Shown here: one piece after another, positions 36,292 through 44,607 of the stretch
Layout: the number at the start of each line of letters is the position of its first letter
How positions within the stretch are numbered: the stretch's first letter is position 1
Source of the DNA: a virus
Lineage: Duplodnaviria > Heunggongvirae > Uroviricota > Caudoviricetes
DNA: 57,087 bases
Direction: 5' to 3' (one strand)
Virus record (IMG/VR): IMGVR_UViG_2561511241_000005
Location: 1-57,087 of that record
Notes under the pieces: model-generated
Told to the model about the DNA's origin: nothing
Seen by the model: only the letters and a program-made list of their open reading frames with translations
Database searches by the model: none
Program-made: the position numbers and the translations under genes

Positions 36292-36652
36292 GATCGCGCG
36301 ATTCAGCTACAAGGCATTAGCCACCATTTACCCAGTAACGCGTGACGACTGGACAAACTCCGATGTATACGGTGCACCATACCTGATTGATTGCTCATGG
36401 GAGCGCACAGACGGCACGGCAACAGACACAAACGGCAATGAGGTTAGCAATACAATAACCGTATTTACCGAACTGCTTCACAATATGCAGCCAGTACAGC
36501 GCCCGGAAAAAGGCTGGATGATTGCCACTGGTGACACCACTGATATTTCCGACCCGCTGGCGGCAGGGGCCAACGTTATAACCGGAATCGTTGAATGGGA
36601 CATGAGCATGTTTAACGACACGCCGGATTATAAGATCGTGACAGGGGGTTAA
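36284..36652 (+). CDS. hypothetical head-tail joining protein
   Basis: ATG 36284 with GGAG RBS. Confidence 0.45.
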   Translation: MSKIARFSYKALATIYPVTRDDWTNSDVYGAPYLIDCSWERTDGTATDTNGNEVSNTITVFTELLHNMQPVQRPEKGWMIATGDTTDISDPLAAGANVITGIVEWDMSMFNDTPDYKIVTGG

Positions 36653-36654
36653 TC

Positions 36655-37095
36655 ATGCCTATCAAGGGTGTTAAACGTGTCAGAGAACGATTAAAGCAGG
36701 AGCTAAAGGAAATTACAGATAAGAAAACTCATGAAGTGTTATGGCGTGTAGGGATGCTGGCTGGTGGCTTCGCGGCGAACATGACCCCAGTTGACACGGG
36801 TTTTTTAATTAACAGTCAATTTCAGTATATAGGAAACACGGCGGAGGGTATGCAGTTACGGCTTGGATATACTGCCCGGTATGCTGAATGGGTGCACAAT
36901 ATGCCAGGTAAATTAAAGGGACAGCCGCGCGAACATTTCGGCAAGACTAGCGAAGGGGTTGAATTCGGCGGCGGTACTGGAAAAGGTAAATATTGGGACC
37001 CAAACGCGGAGCCGGAATTCTTGCGCACAGCATTCGAAGATCCAAACAACGCCGACGATATTTATAAAGAGATTGTAGAAGGTTACAAAACATGA
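36655..37095 (+). CDS. HK97 gp10-like tail component
   Basis: 146 aa; N-terminus MPIKGVKRVRERLKQ typical of HK97 gp10 family. Confidence 0.5.
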   Translation: MPIKGVKRVRERLKQELKEITDKKTHEVLWRVGMLAGGFAANMTPVDTGFLINSQFQYIGNTAEGMQLRLGYTARYAEWVHNMPGKLKGQPREHFGKTSEGVEFGGGTGKGKYWDPNAEPEFLRTAFEDPNNADDIYKEIVEGYKT

Positions 37096-37478
37096 AACGC
37101 AGCGAAGTATACGACGAAATAAGGGATTGGATTAAATCCCACGGGTACGATAAAGGCTATATTTTGCAAGCCCGTTTCTGGAATGAAAAATCCAATTCGA
37201 ATAACGACCGATACATTGTCATTCAGCAAAACGGCGGCGCGGCTGGTGAGGAAGCAATAACCCGTGATTATTTCCGCATCCTGGTTATTTCGGCGCGTAA
37301 TGACGCAAATATCAGTGAAGTGGAAGACCTTGCCGACGCCATCCGTCAAAGTATGTTAACAGAATATAAAACTGATAAAATTACACACATGAAGCCAGTA
37401 GGCGCTATTCCTGCAATGCAGACAAGAGAAGGGCGCTTTATTTTTACCGTAGCTTTTCAAACCATCATATCTAGATAA
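37092..37478 (+). CDS. Putative tail completion / terminator protein
   Basis: 128 aa, position before major tail protein. Confidence 0.45.
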   Translation: MKRSEVYDEIRDWIKSHGYDKGYILQARFWNEKSNSNNDRYIVIQQNGGAAGEEAITRDYFRILVISARNDANISEVEDLADAIRQSMLTEYKTDKITHMKPVGAIPAMQTREGRFIFTVAFQTIISR

Positions 37479-37490
37479 GAGGTAACAAAC

Positions 37491-37967
37491 ATGTCTCAGA
37501 CTTGCGAAAAGGGATCGTTTTTGGGCCGCGACGTGGCTGTATTCTACGCTATCGCTTGTCCTAACGCTAAGCCGTTAGATGACGCTTACAAAGCGTTAGG
37601 AATGATGCGCGGTAAAACGCTTTCCGTCGAATGGGAAACCGCAGACGCCACCGCTGATAAATCAGCAGACTACACGAAAGAATCAATGGTTACTTACAAA
37701 TCCGTTTCTTTCTCCGGCGATGGTGTATCCCGTACTGAAGAAATTCACAACCAGAAGGCATTGAAACGTCACACCATTAACCCTGGCGAAACCACTGGCA
37801 ATCAACCATATGTATGGCTGAAAATTGTTTCTCCGGTTGACGTAACTGAAGGACCATTTCTTTGCACATCCTTTAAAGAAGAAGATCCGCACGATGATGT
37901 CTCAACCTGGTCTATTGAGTGTTCAAGCGCTGGCCAGGTAACGGTAGATGACATCCCGGCAGCATAA
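37491..37967 (+). CDS. Major tail protein
   Basis: 158 aa; followed by strong terminator; position. Confidence 0.6.
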   Translation: MSQTCEKGSFLGRDVAVFYAIACPNAKPLDDAYKALGMMRGKTLSVEWETADATADKSADYTKESMVTYKSVSFSGDGVSRTEEIHNQKALKRHTINPGETTGNQPYVWLKIVSPVDVTEGPFLCTSFKEEDPHDDVSTWSIECSSAGQVTVDDIPAA

Positions 37968-37983
37968 TAATCAATATTAATAA

Positions 37984-38005
37984 TCGGGGCCGTTGGCCCC
38001 TTTCT
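37984..38005 (+). terminator. Rho-independent terminator after major tail gene
   Basis: GGGGCC-gtt-GGCCCC hairpin followed by T-rich run. Confidence 0.55.
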
Positions 38006-38020
38006 TTTAGGGTGAAAGCT

Positions 38021-38701
38021 ATGATTCATGTTCGAACTGGACAATTTGCGGCTGTAGTCGATGGCAGGCGGTATGTATTTAATCCCTGTTTCGCCGCAAT
38101 GGCTAAGATCGGCAGTGACAGAGAACTGGTAGAATACTTCGCAACCATCCACGGTGGCAAATATCCATCACGATTGCCAGCAGATCCAGACCTACGCAAT
38201 CGCATTCTGGCGCGGTGTTATGGTGAGATAGTGCAAACGTCTATGCGCATCCTGAAATGTTGCTCAGAAGAGGAAACAGGGCCATTGCTTGGCGAATGCT
38301 GGTTTACTCCTTCTGGCAAGTTACGACTAAAACCCGGATTGATGCCTACTGATGACGTCATCACGCTTGCGCAGCATTGCATGTACCACGGTTTAATCGG
38401 TGATGGACCGGAAGAATACGCTGGAGAGATCCGGGAAGGTGAATATAAGCCGACATTTGACGTCCTTGAATTCGTTTATTCTGCCGTCGCTCACCTGGGA
38501 TTATCTGAATCAGAAGCATGGAATATGACAATGACCGGATATAGGGCCGCTGTGCGCGCTAAAACGCCGCCAGACGAAAGAAACGAGAGAAGCAAGCCAA
38601 ATGTTCACATAAATAAACGTGCTTATGATGAGCAAATGGAGGCCGCTAAAAAGGCACTGGAAAGAATGAAAAATCGCAAGCAAGAAAAAGCCCGGAATTA
38701 A
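38021..38701 (+). CDS. Putative tail assembly chaperone
   Basis: ATG 38021 with AGGGTGA RBS; position between major tail and tape-measure genes. Confidence 0.4.
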   Translation: MIHVRTGQFAAVVDGRRYVFNPCFAAMAKIGSDRELVEYFATIHGGKYPSRLPADPDLRNRILARCYGEIVQTSMRILKCCSEEETGPLLGECWFTPSGKLRLKPGLMPTDDVITLAQHCMYHGLIGDGPEEYAGEIREGEYKPTFDVLEFVYSAVAHLGLSESEAWNMTMTGYRAAVRAKTPPDERNERSKPNVHINKRAYDEQMEAAKKALERMKNRKQEKARN

Positions 38702-38715
38702 CCGGGCCTTTATTT

Positions 38716-39018
38716 TTATTTGTATGCTGCAAAGCGCCATCTTGCCTCTTCTAAATCATGGACTGTGTACACGTTATCGTAAAGATAAGTCGCGATCTGT
38801 GCTTTCTGTACGTCAGTTGCGTCAGAAAACTCCATGTTGACGAAAGTTAAAGCATCTATGTAGTGTTTAAACATCTTCTTGTTGACGCATAGGGCGTAAA
38901 TCAATACAGCAGGCCAACAAATCAGAGCGCCAATAAATGCAAGGAACATATTAAGATGTTTTTTCTCGGCTACAACCATAGTTACCACAAATCCAATAAA
39001 GAGAATTACTAGTTCCAT
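38716..39018 (-). CDS. membrane protein (opposite-strand cassette 1)
   Basis: 100 aa; two N-terminal TM helices; AAGGCGG RBS. Confidence 0.5.
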   Translation of the reverse strand: MELVILFIGFVVTMVVAEKKHLNMFLAFIGALICWPAVLIYALCVNKKMFKHYIDALTFVNMEFSDATDVQKAQIATYLYDNVYTVHDLEEARWRFAAYK

Positions 39019-39029
39019 GATGCACCGCC

Positions 39030-39137
39030 TTATTTACATTCGCCTTTTATTGTTAATGCCAGCACGAATACAGCCATTACATTAAAAGCCACCCATGCTG
39101 ATATATACACTTCTATGATGCTTTTGATGGTATCCAT
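39030..39137 (-). CDS. micro-ORF, 35-aa TM peptide (cassette 1)
   Basis: MDTIKSIIEVYISAWVAFNVMAVFVLALTIKGECK; GAGG RBS. Confidence 0.3.
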   Translation of the reverse strand: MDTIKSIIEVYISAWVAFNVMAVFVLALTIKGECK

Positions 39138-39148
39138 GTGCGCCTCGC

Positions 39149-39238
39149 TTAATTTTTGTTTTTAAGTGCTTTTAACATTTCTTCGATGAAGTCCGCATAG
39201 CGTTCATGTTCGTTGGGACGGTAGTTTACGTTTTTCAT
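39149..39238 (-). CDS. micro-ORF, 29-aa peptide (cassette 1)
   Basis: MKNVNYRPNEHERYADFIEEMLKALKNKN; AGAGGA RBS. Confidence 0.3.
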   Translation of the reverse strand: MKNVNYRPNEHERYADFIEEMLKALKNKN

Positions 39239-39487
39239 TTTCTTATCCTCTTTTGCTTCCTCCGGTTAATCCGGCCTTTTAAATCCCTTTGCTGTTTCCT
39301 TAGTTTTAGGGGTTTTCGCCTCCCTCGTTCCATCGGTTAGCTGTGCTTCAAGTCTTAATCCTTTATATCCTTCGACCTTCTTTTATCTCTCTCATCCTTC
39401 ACCTTCTTTATACAAAATGTATTCGTTGAAATGAAGCCATTTTGTATAAAATAGAGACATAGATCACATTTTGTATGAGGTTAAATC

Positions 39488-41827
39488 ATGGCTACCAGTG
39501 TAGGTACAATTTATTACGAGGTTGATGCAAAAACTGGTCAACTTCTCGTTGCACAACGACAGGCAGACCAGGCCTTTGACCGTATAGAGCGCGGCGCAAA
39601 ACAGGCTGACCGCCAGGTAAACACCCTGAAAACATCCATCAAAGCACTGACCAGGGTCATCCATCTGCTACTTGCTGCGGAAGCAGTGCGCCAATTTATG
39701 GATATGGCGGAACAAGCAAAAATGCTACGCGTAAAAATCAAAATGCTTACTGGCGATGCGGAGTCCGCCGGACGGGTTTTCGACGGCCTGAAAGCAATAT
39801 CGAAAGAAACAGGCCAGAGCCTGAAAGATACTGGCGAATTATGGCAAGGACTTGCCATCTCATTAAAAAACACATCCGCTACTGAAGGCCAGTTACTTAA
39901 CCTTGTTGGCACTATTCAGAAAATGGGGGCGTTAGGTGGTGCATCAGCGGAACAGATGTCTAACTCAATGCGCCAGTTCCGCCAGGCTATCGACGGCGGC
40001 GTACTCCGTGCTGAAGAATTCAACAGCCTTCTTGAGAACACCCCGACCATCGTACAGACAATGGCCCGCCAGATGGGATTATCAATGGGCCAGTTCCGCG
40101 CAGAAATGCTGGACGGCAAGATCACGGCTGAAAGGATGGTCAACGCGATCCAGGCGGCTACGCAGGAAACAAACGATAAGTTTGCTCAGTTGCCGCGCAC
40201 ATCCGGTACGGCTATCAATGAGCTTAAAGTAGAGATCATGGGCCTTGTTGAGCAGTTGGACGATCTTTTCGGCGTATCAGACGGCGTGGTATCAGCTATC
40301 GACTTAATCACGAAGGGCGTTAAAGGACTTGGCGAGGGCGCTAAATTCGCTAAAACATGCTTTGACACTCTCAAAACGGCTGGGAGTGAATTCATCGACA
40401 TGTTTGACGACGTTGCTGTTAAAGCTGGTGAGGTGGCGGAAGAGATCATTAGAATGGTAACGCCAATAAAAGCGCTAATGGATGGCTACAAATGGATGAA
40501 GGAAATTGTCGATAAACGCAAGGAAGAGCTAAACAGTAACAACGAGAAAAAATTCGGCCCTACCGTCGGCAAGGTCATGACGTTTGCAAACGATATTAAA
40601 AACGCGACTGCCGCTTATGATGAGTTCATGCAGAAACAGGGTGAGGCTAACGACGGCAAGATCACCGGATTCGATCAGCCAGTTGATAAGCCGAAAAAAC
40701 CGAAAAAAGAGAAGAAATCAGAAGCTGATCGGCTTGGTGACAAAGGCATAAGCGTTTCTGACCAGTACAACAAAGACGCCGCCGCCATGCGCAAAGCATT
40801 AGAGAACGGCAAGGCCATTGATGCTGCATTCGCCCAGGGTAAAATCACACTCCTTGAATACCGCGCCGCGCAAAAAGGGATCGGCAAAGAACTGAAGGAA
40901 GAATTAGCGCAAATCCCTGTAGATGAATTGCGTGATAAATGGTCGCAAATAGTTAGCCCGATGGACCAGCTAAAAGGCGAGGTTGACCCTATTCAGCAGG
41001 TACAGAATGAATGGGCCATTCGTAAGCAAATGCTTATCGACCTGGGGGCTACCGAAGCGCAACAGAAACAGGAATTGTTAGCCTATGAGCAACAGATCCG
41101 CGATCTGAAGTGGGAGCAGTGGCAAGCGCAAAGCGACACTAACGGCCTGATCGGTGATTGCGTTAATGGCCTTAAAGGTGGTATGAGCAATGCACTTGTT
41201 GGCCTGTTAAACGGTACTCAATCATTGAGCGATGTTTTTGCTAACTTAGGTAGCAATATCCTCGGCAATATTGGTAGCAGACTTTCAGATATAGCCGCTG
41301 ACTGGATAGCAGATCAAATCATGATGGAGACACAAAGCAAGGCCACGCAAGCAAGTACAACGGCGGGCGCGGTAGCGGCGCAAGGCCAGATTGCTGCGGC
41401 GGCGGCCCCGGCGGCGGCGGCAACAGCGGCGTCAACTGGCGGCGCATGGGCTGCGGCTGGTTCTGCGGCACTAACTGCGATCATGTCGCTGGCTACGTCA
41501 ATTTTCGGCGGTGGTCGCTTTAATGGTGGTAGCGTTATTGGTGGCAATATGTACCGCGTAGGGGAACATAACAGGCCGGAGCTATTCCAGACATCTAACG
41601 GAAATCAATATATGATCCCAGGCGAGAATGGCAGGGTTATTCCTGGGCGTGATATTGGCGGTGGCGTCGGCATTAGTATGCCTGTCAATATCAACATTCA
41701 GACCACAAACGGATTTAGCGACGAAGACAGTCGCAGACTTGAACAAACAATGGAACGTGTAGCAATGAAAATGATAACAAGGGAATCACAAAGACCAGGC
41801 GGAATATTGCAACCGCGCCGCAAATAA
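39488..41827 (+). CDS. Tail tape measure protein
   Basis: 779 aa; long alpha-helical protein with Gly/Ala-rich segment; position. Confidence 0.85.
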   Translation: MATSVGTIYYEVDAKTGQLLVAQRQADQAFDRIERGAKQADRQVNTLKTSIKALTRVIHLLLAAEAVRQFMDMAEQAKMLRVKIKMLTGDAESAGRVFDGLKAISKETGQSLKDTGELWQGLAISLKNTSATEGQLLNLVGTIQKMGALGGASAEQMSNSMRQFRQAIDGGVLRAEEFNSLLENTPTIVQTMARQMGLSMGQFRAEMLDGKITAERMVNAIQAATQETNDKFAQLPRTSGTAINELKVEIMGLVEQLDDLFGVSDGVVSAIDLITKGVKGLGEGAKFAKTCFDTLKTAGSEFIDMFDDVAVKAGEVAEEIIRMVTPIKALMDGYKWMKEIVDKRKEELNSNNEKKFGPTVGKVMTFANDIKNATAAYDEFMQKQGEANDGKITGFDQPVDKPKKPKKEKKSEADRLGDKGISVSDQYNKDAAAMRKALENGKAIDAAFAQGKITLLEYRAAQKGIGKELKEELAQIPVDELRDKWSQIVSPMDQLKGEVDPIQQVQNEWAIRKQMLIDLGATEAQQKQELLAYEQQIRDLKWEQWQAQSDTNGLIGDCVNGLKGGMSNALVGLLNGTQSLSDVFANLGSNILGNIGSRLSDIAADWIADQIMMETQSKATQASTTAGAVAAQGQIAAAAAPAAAATAASTGGAWAAAGSAALTAIMSLATSIFGGGRFNGGSVIGGNMYRVGEHNRPELFQTSNGNQYMIPGENGRVIPGRDIGGGVGISMPVNINIQTTNGFSDEDSRRLEQTMERVAMKMITRESQRPGGILQPRRK

Positions 41828-41858
41828 ACAAAGCCCCGGCATTGTGCCGGGGTTATCT
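41828..41858. terminator. Bidirectional rho-independent terminator
   Basis: CCCCGGCA-ttgt-GCCGGGG hairpin with T-rich flanks on both strands. Confidence 0.55.
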
Positions 41859-41859
41859 T

Positions 41860-42039
41860 TTATTCAATTTCATCATTTTTAAATTCGCCGTTTACATAAA
41901 GCTGTAATGCATTTATTAGTTCTGCGGCTTGCTTTTTATCTATTACGATCAATTCGCAGTCGCACTCAAGCCATAATCTTTCGTCATACTCAATGCTAAG
42001 AGTAATACGTCTGCATTCTTCCGTTTCGTTAATAATCAT
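41860..42039 (-). CDS. hypothetical acidic protein (cassette 2)
   Basis: ATG 42037-42039 with GGAG RBS; 59 aa. Confidence 0.45.
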   Translation of the reverse strand: MIINETEECRRITLSIEYDERLWLECDCELIVIDKKQAAELINALQLYVNGEFKNDEIE

Positions 42040-42077
42040 TATCAATCTCCACTGTGCTATTAATCACATAAATAAAT

Positions 42078-42248
42078 TTACTCAAAACTTGTATATCCTC
42101 TTTCAATTTTCCCGCCTCTTACACTTCTTGCAAATACTGCGTCAGTATGCTTGAAAAATGGTTCAGTATATGTGTCTCCTTTGCTATCCATCCATTTTAC
42201 GATCCAGGCCATACGTTTTACATTGCTTTTATTTGCCGGGTTTTTCAT
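42078..42248 (-). CDS. small hypothetical protein (cassette 2)
   Basis: about 56 aa; GGAGG RBS; hand-translated. Confidence 0.35.
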   Translation of the reverse strand: MKNPANKSNVKRMAWIVKWMDSKGDTYTEPFFKHTDAVFARSVRGGKIERGYTSFE

Positions 42249-42266
42249 TTTATTTTCCTCCGCAAA

Positions 42267-42359
42267 TTACAATCTTCCGTTTCTTGCTATGTAGCTGCGA
42301 GCAAACATCACTTGCCAGATGTTCCAGATCTCACGCCAGGTGAATTTATCGTCATTCAT
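42267..42359 (-). CDS. micro-ORF, 30 aa (cassette 2)
   Basis: MNDDKFTWREIWNIWQVMFARSYIARNGRL; GAGG RBS. Confidence 0.25.
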   Translation of the reverse strand: MNDDKFTWREIWNIWQVMFARSYIARNGRL

Positions 42360-42366
42360 ACCTACC

Positions 42367-42621
42367 TCACTTATGCGCACCTTTGACGCCGCAGTGCCTG
42401 TTATATTCAAGATGATCGATGATTAACCATACCTTGAGGTCTTCACTGAACAGCCGCCAATCAGGGTTGATGTCAAATTTAAAACCGTATCCGTCGCGTA
42501 ACTTTTTGGGGTGGGCTTCTTTCTTCAAAAATGCTTTAAGAAGTTCCTTGCCTTTCTTGATGATCCGGTCATGTGCGTTTTTCTGTGCTTTCAGGTTTTT
42601 GTCAATCGCTACCAGTTTCAT
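42367..42621 (-). CDS. hypothetical basic protein (cassette 2)
   Basis: 84 aa; AAGGGGGA RBS. Confidence 0.5.
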   Translation of the reverse strand: MKLVAIDKNLKAQKNAHDRIIKKGKELLKAFLKKEAHPKKLRDGYGFKFDINPDWRLFSEDLKVWLIIDHLEYNRHCGVKGAHK

Positions 42622-42788
42622 AACATCCCCCTTTGTGCAACGTCTTTCTTATTTGCTTTCTGTATACAATATGTGATTGCCAAAGTGAAGCCATTTTGAA
42701 AACTGGCTATAATCATTGTGATGAGGATCTCATTTTTCGCGTAGAATCGCGTAAAGGTATATACAAAATGTAACTTATAGGGGGATTT

Positions 42789-43142
42789 ATGCCTGAAGTG
42801 TTCCGATGGACACCACAAAGAAGCTACAGCGTAAACAGTGAGCCTAACGTGTCTGTCATTAAACTGGGTGATGGGTATGAACAGCGCCAGACAAAAGGGA
42901 TTAACCCTTTACTTGATAGCTATACGCTGGTCTTTAAAGGTACGAGCGCAGGATGCGGTGACGCCGGAAACGTAGCGCTACAGGTTGACGCATTTTTAAG
43001 AGCACGTTGCGCGGTCGAGGCGTTTTACTGGACCCCATCCACTGACGGGGTGCAAAGGCTTTTTGTATGCAGAAAGTGGAGCATGACGAAAGACGGCCCG
43101 GTATGCACTCTTAATGCAACGTTTGAACAAGTCGTCAATTAA
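42789..43142 (+). CDS. Minor tail protein M (lambda gpM-like)
   Basis: 117 aa; FRW near N-terminus, GDGY...Q motif and C-terminal FEQVVN as in lambda M. Confidence 0.8.
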   Translation: MPEVFRWTPQRSYSVNSEPNVSVIKLGDGYEQRQTKGINPLLDSYTLVFKGTSAGCGDAGNVALQVDAFLRARCAVEAFYWTPSTDGVQRLFVCRKWSMTKDGPVCTLNATFEQVVN

Positions 43143-43155
43143 TGGAGGTGTCAAT

Positions 43156-43341
43156 ATGTATGCTATTTGTGTAGTTGACCTCGCGGGCGCTTTTACATTG
43201 TTTGACGACTACGAGATCAACGACCTTACTGTAAAATCTGATAATGGTGAGACCTGGTATCTTCATGACATGGGCGACGGTTATGTTGGATGCAGATCAA
43301 GAGAAGGTAAGGAGGTCTTATTCTTACTTGACGGCGTATAA
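43156..43341 (+). CDS. hypothetical protein
   Basis: 61 aa; GGAGGTG RBS; followed by terminator. Confidence 0.45.
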   Translation: MYAICVVDLAGAFTLFDDYEINDLTVKSDNGETWYLHDMGDGYVGCRSREGKEVLFLLDGV

Positions 43342-43348
43342 ACACGAC

Positions 43349-43372
43349 CCCGCGCGAAGCGGGGTTTTACAT
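43349..43372. terminator. Rho-independent terminator
   Basis: CCCCGCGCGAAGCGGGG hairpin followed by TTTT. Confidence 0.55.
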
Positions 43373-43442
43373 TGTTGATAGCAGAATAAAAAATAATCCT
43401 ATTATTATAATAATCACTTCTAATATGTAGTGATCACACATA

Positions 43443-43691
43443 TCATAATGTTTCCCTTAAGTATGTTAACCCCTTATCAGTGACGAATGAGTGATTAACC
43501 TGGTTTTCATCCGTCATGATGATGAATAACTTTTCCTGTAGGTATTTCGCTTTTGGGTACAGTGTTAAACAGACCTGGTACAGTATCCCGCGCTCAATCA
43601 GCAAATCAATAAATTCGTGCTCATGATAACCGATGAGGCGGGCGGCCTGTTTCAACGTGTACACATAATCACCGTGATTGCGCCGCCCCAT
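43443..43691 (-). CDS. hypothetical protein, possible HTH (cassette 3)
   Basis: 82 aa from ATG 43689-43691. Confidence 0.45.
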   Translation of the reverse strand: MGRRNHGDYVYTLKQAARLIGYHEHEFIDLLIERGILYQVCLTLYPKAKYLQEKLFIIMTDENQVNHSFVTDKGLTYLRETL

Positions 43692-43696
43692 GATTT

Positions 43697-43936
43697 TTAT
43701 TCCCACGTTTCAAAAAATAGCATATCAGGCACAAAATCATCACCGCAAGCAGTTCCGTACCCTTTCACCCTTGTTCCAGAAATATCAAGCACTGTCAGCG
43801 GCACAAAGTTTAAACAGTTATCAACAGTAAAATAATTGCCAGAAGATGTTTTGAATAATGGGTATCTATCTTTTATATTAAAATCCCCCCTTTTGTTAGA
43901 TGTAACAACGAGTTTTATAATACCAATCATTTTCAT
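43697..43936 (-). CDS. hypothetical protein (cassette 3)
   Basis: 79 aa ORF. Confidence 0.45.
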   Translation of the reverse strand: MKMIGIIKLVVTSNKRGDFNIKDRYPLFKTSSGNYFTVDNCLNFVPLTVLDISGTRVKGYGTACGDDFVPDMLFFETWE

Positions 43937-43951
43937 ATATTGGCCTACTAT

Positions 43952-44305
43952 TTATTTGCCATTAAAACAGCCCAGGTTATCTATGCAGAAGTCTTTTGCC
44001 GCTTTTTCGTATTCGCGTTTTGCTTCTGGATCGTCTGCCGGGAAACCTTTTGCGTGTATTTCACCAGGGCAAGACTGATCCATAGAATCAGCAAATTCAA
44101 CATTGACGTTAAAGTTAATATCTTTCGGGTTCATCTCTTCCACCTTGTCCGGTACTTGGACCGGAGTAATATCAAAATCTCGAGCGTTAGACCAACAGCG
44201 AAGTAATTCGCGACCCTCATCACGCGCAGCTGTATATGTGTCAAATAGCCCCATGCTTTCCCATTCACATTTATCAGTCCACACGTCTAATCTGTATTTT
44301 TTCAT
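43952..44305 (-). CDS. hypothetical protein (cassette 3)
   Basis: 117 aa; GGGAGG RBS. Confidence 0.5.
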   Translation of the reverse strand: MKKYRLDVWTDKCEWESMGLFDTYTAARDEGRELLRCWSNARDFDITPVQVPDKVEEMNPKDINFNVNVEFADSMDQSCPGEIHAKGFPADDPEAKREYEKAAKDFCIDNLGCFNGK

Positions 44306-44477
44306 TTTTTGTTATAACCTCCCATTTGACAGGTTCGATCCTGTACCCCAAAACGCGTTCGTCTTCAGCGAGTAAGAGCGCGTCGGTAAGTGCCTCGCCT
44401 TCATCTTTATACAGGGCCACAGTCATTTCCCTGCCATCCGCAAGGAACACCGTCAACCTCCACACCTTATCATCCAT
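44274..44477 (-). CDS. hypothetical acidic protein (cassette 3)
   Basis: ATG 44475-44477 with GGAGGTG RBS. Confidence 0.4.
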   Translation of the reverse strand: MDDKVWRLTVFLADGREMTVALYKDEGEALTDALLLAEDERVLGYRIEPVKWEVITKNEKIQIRRVD

Positions 44478-44607
44478 ATCACACCTCCGCGCCATTTTGT
44501 TAACTGTGCTTCCGTTTGAGTAAAATATACATATTGTAAAAAGCGCGATCAACCATTTCGGTATGATTTAGCGTGACGCAGATCACAAAAAAGCGAAAGG
44601 TGATAAA

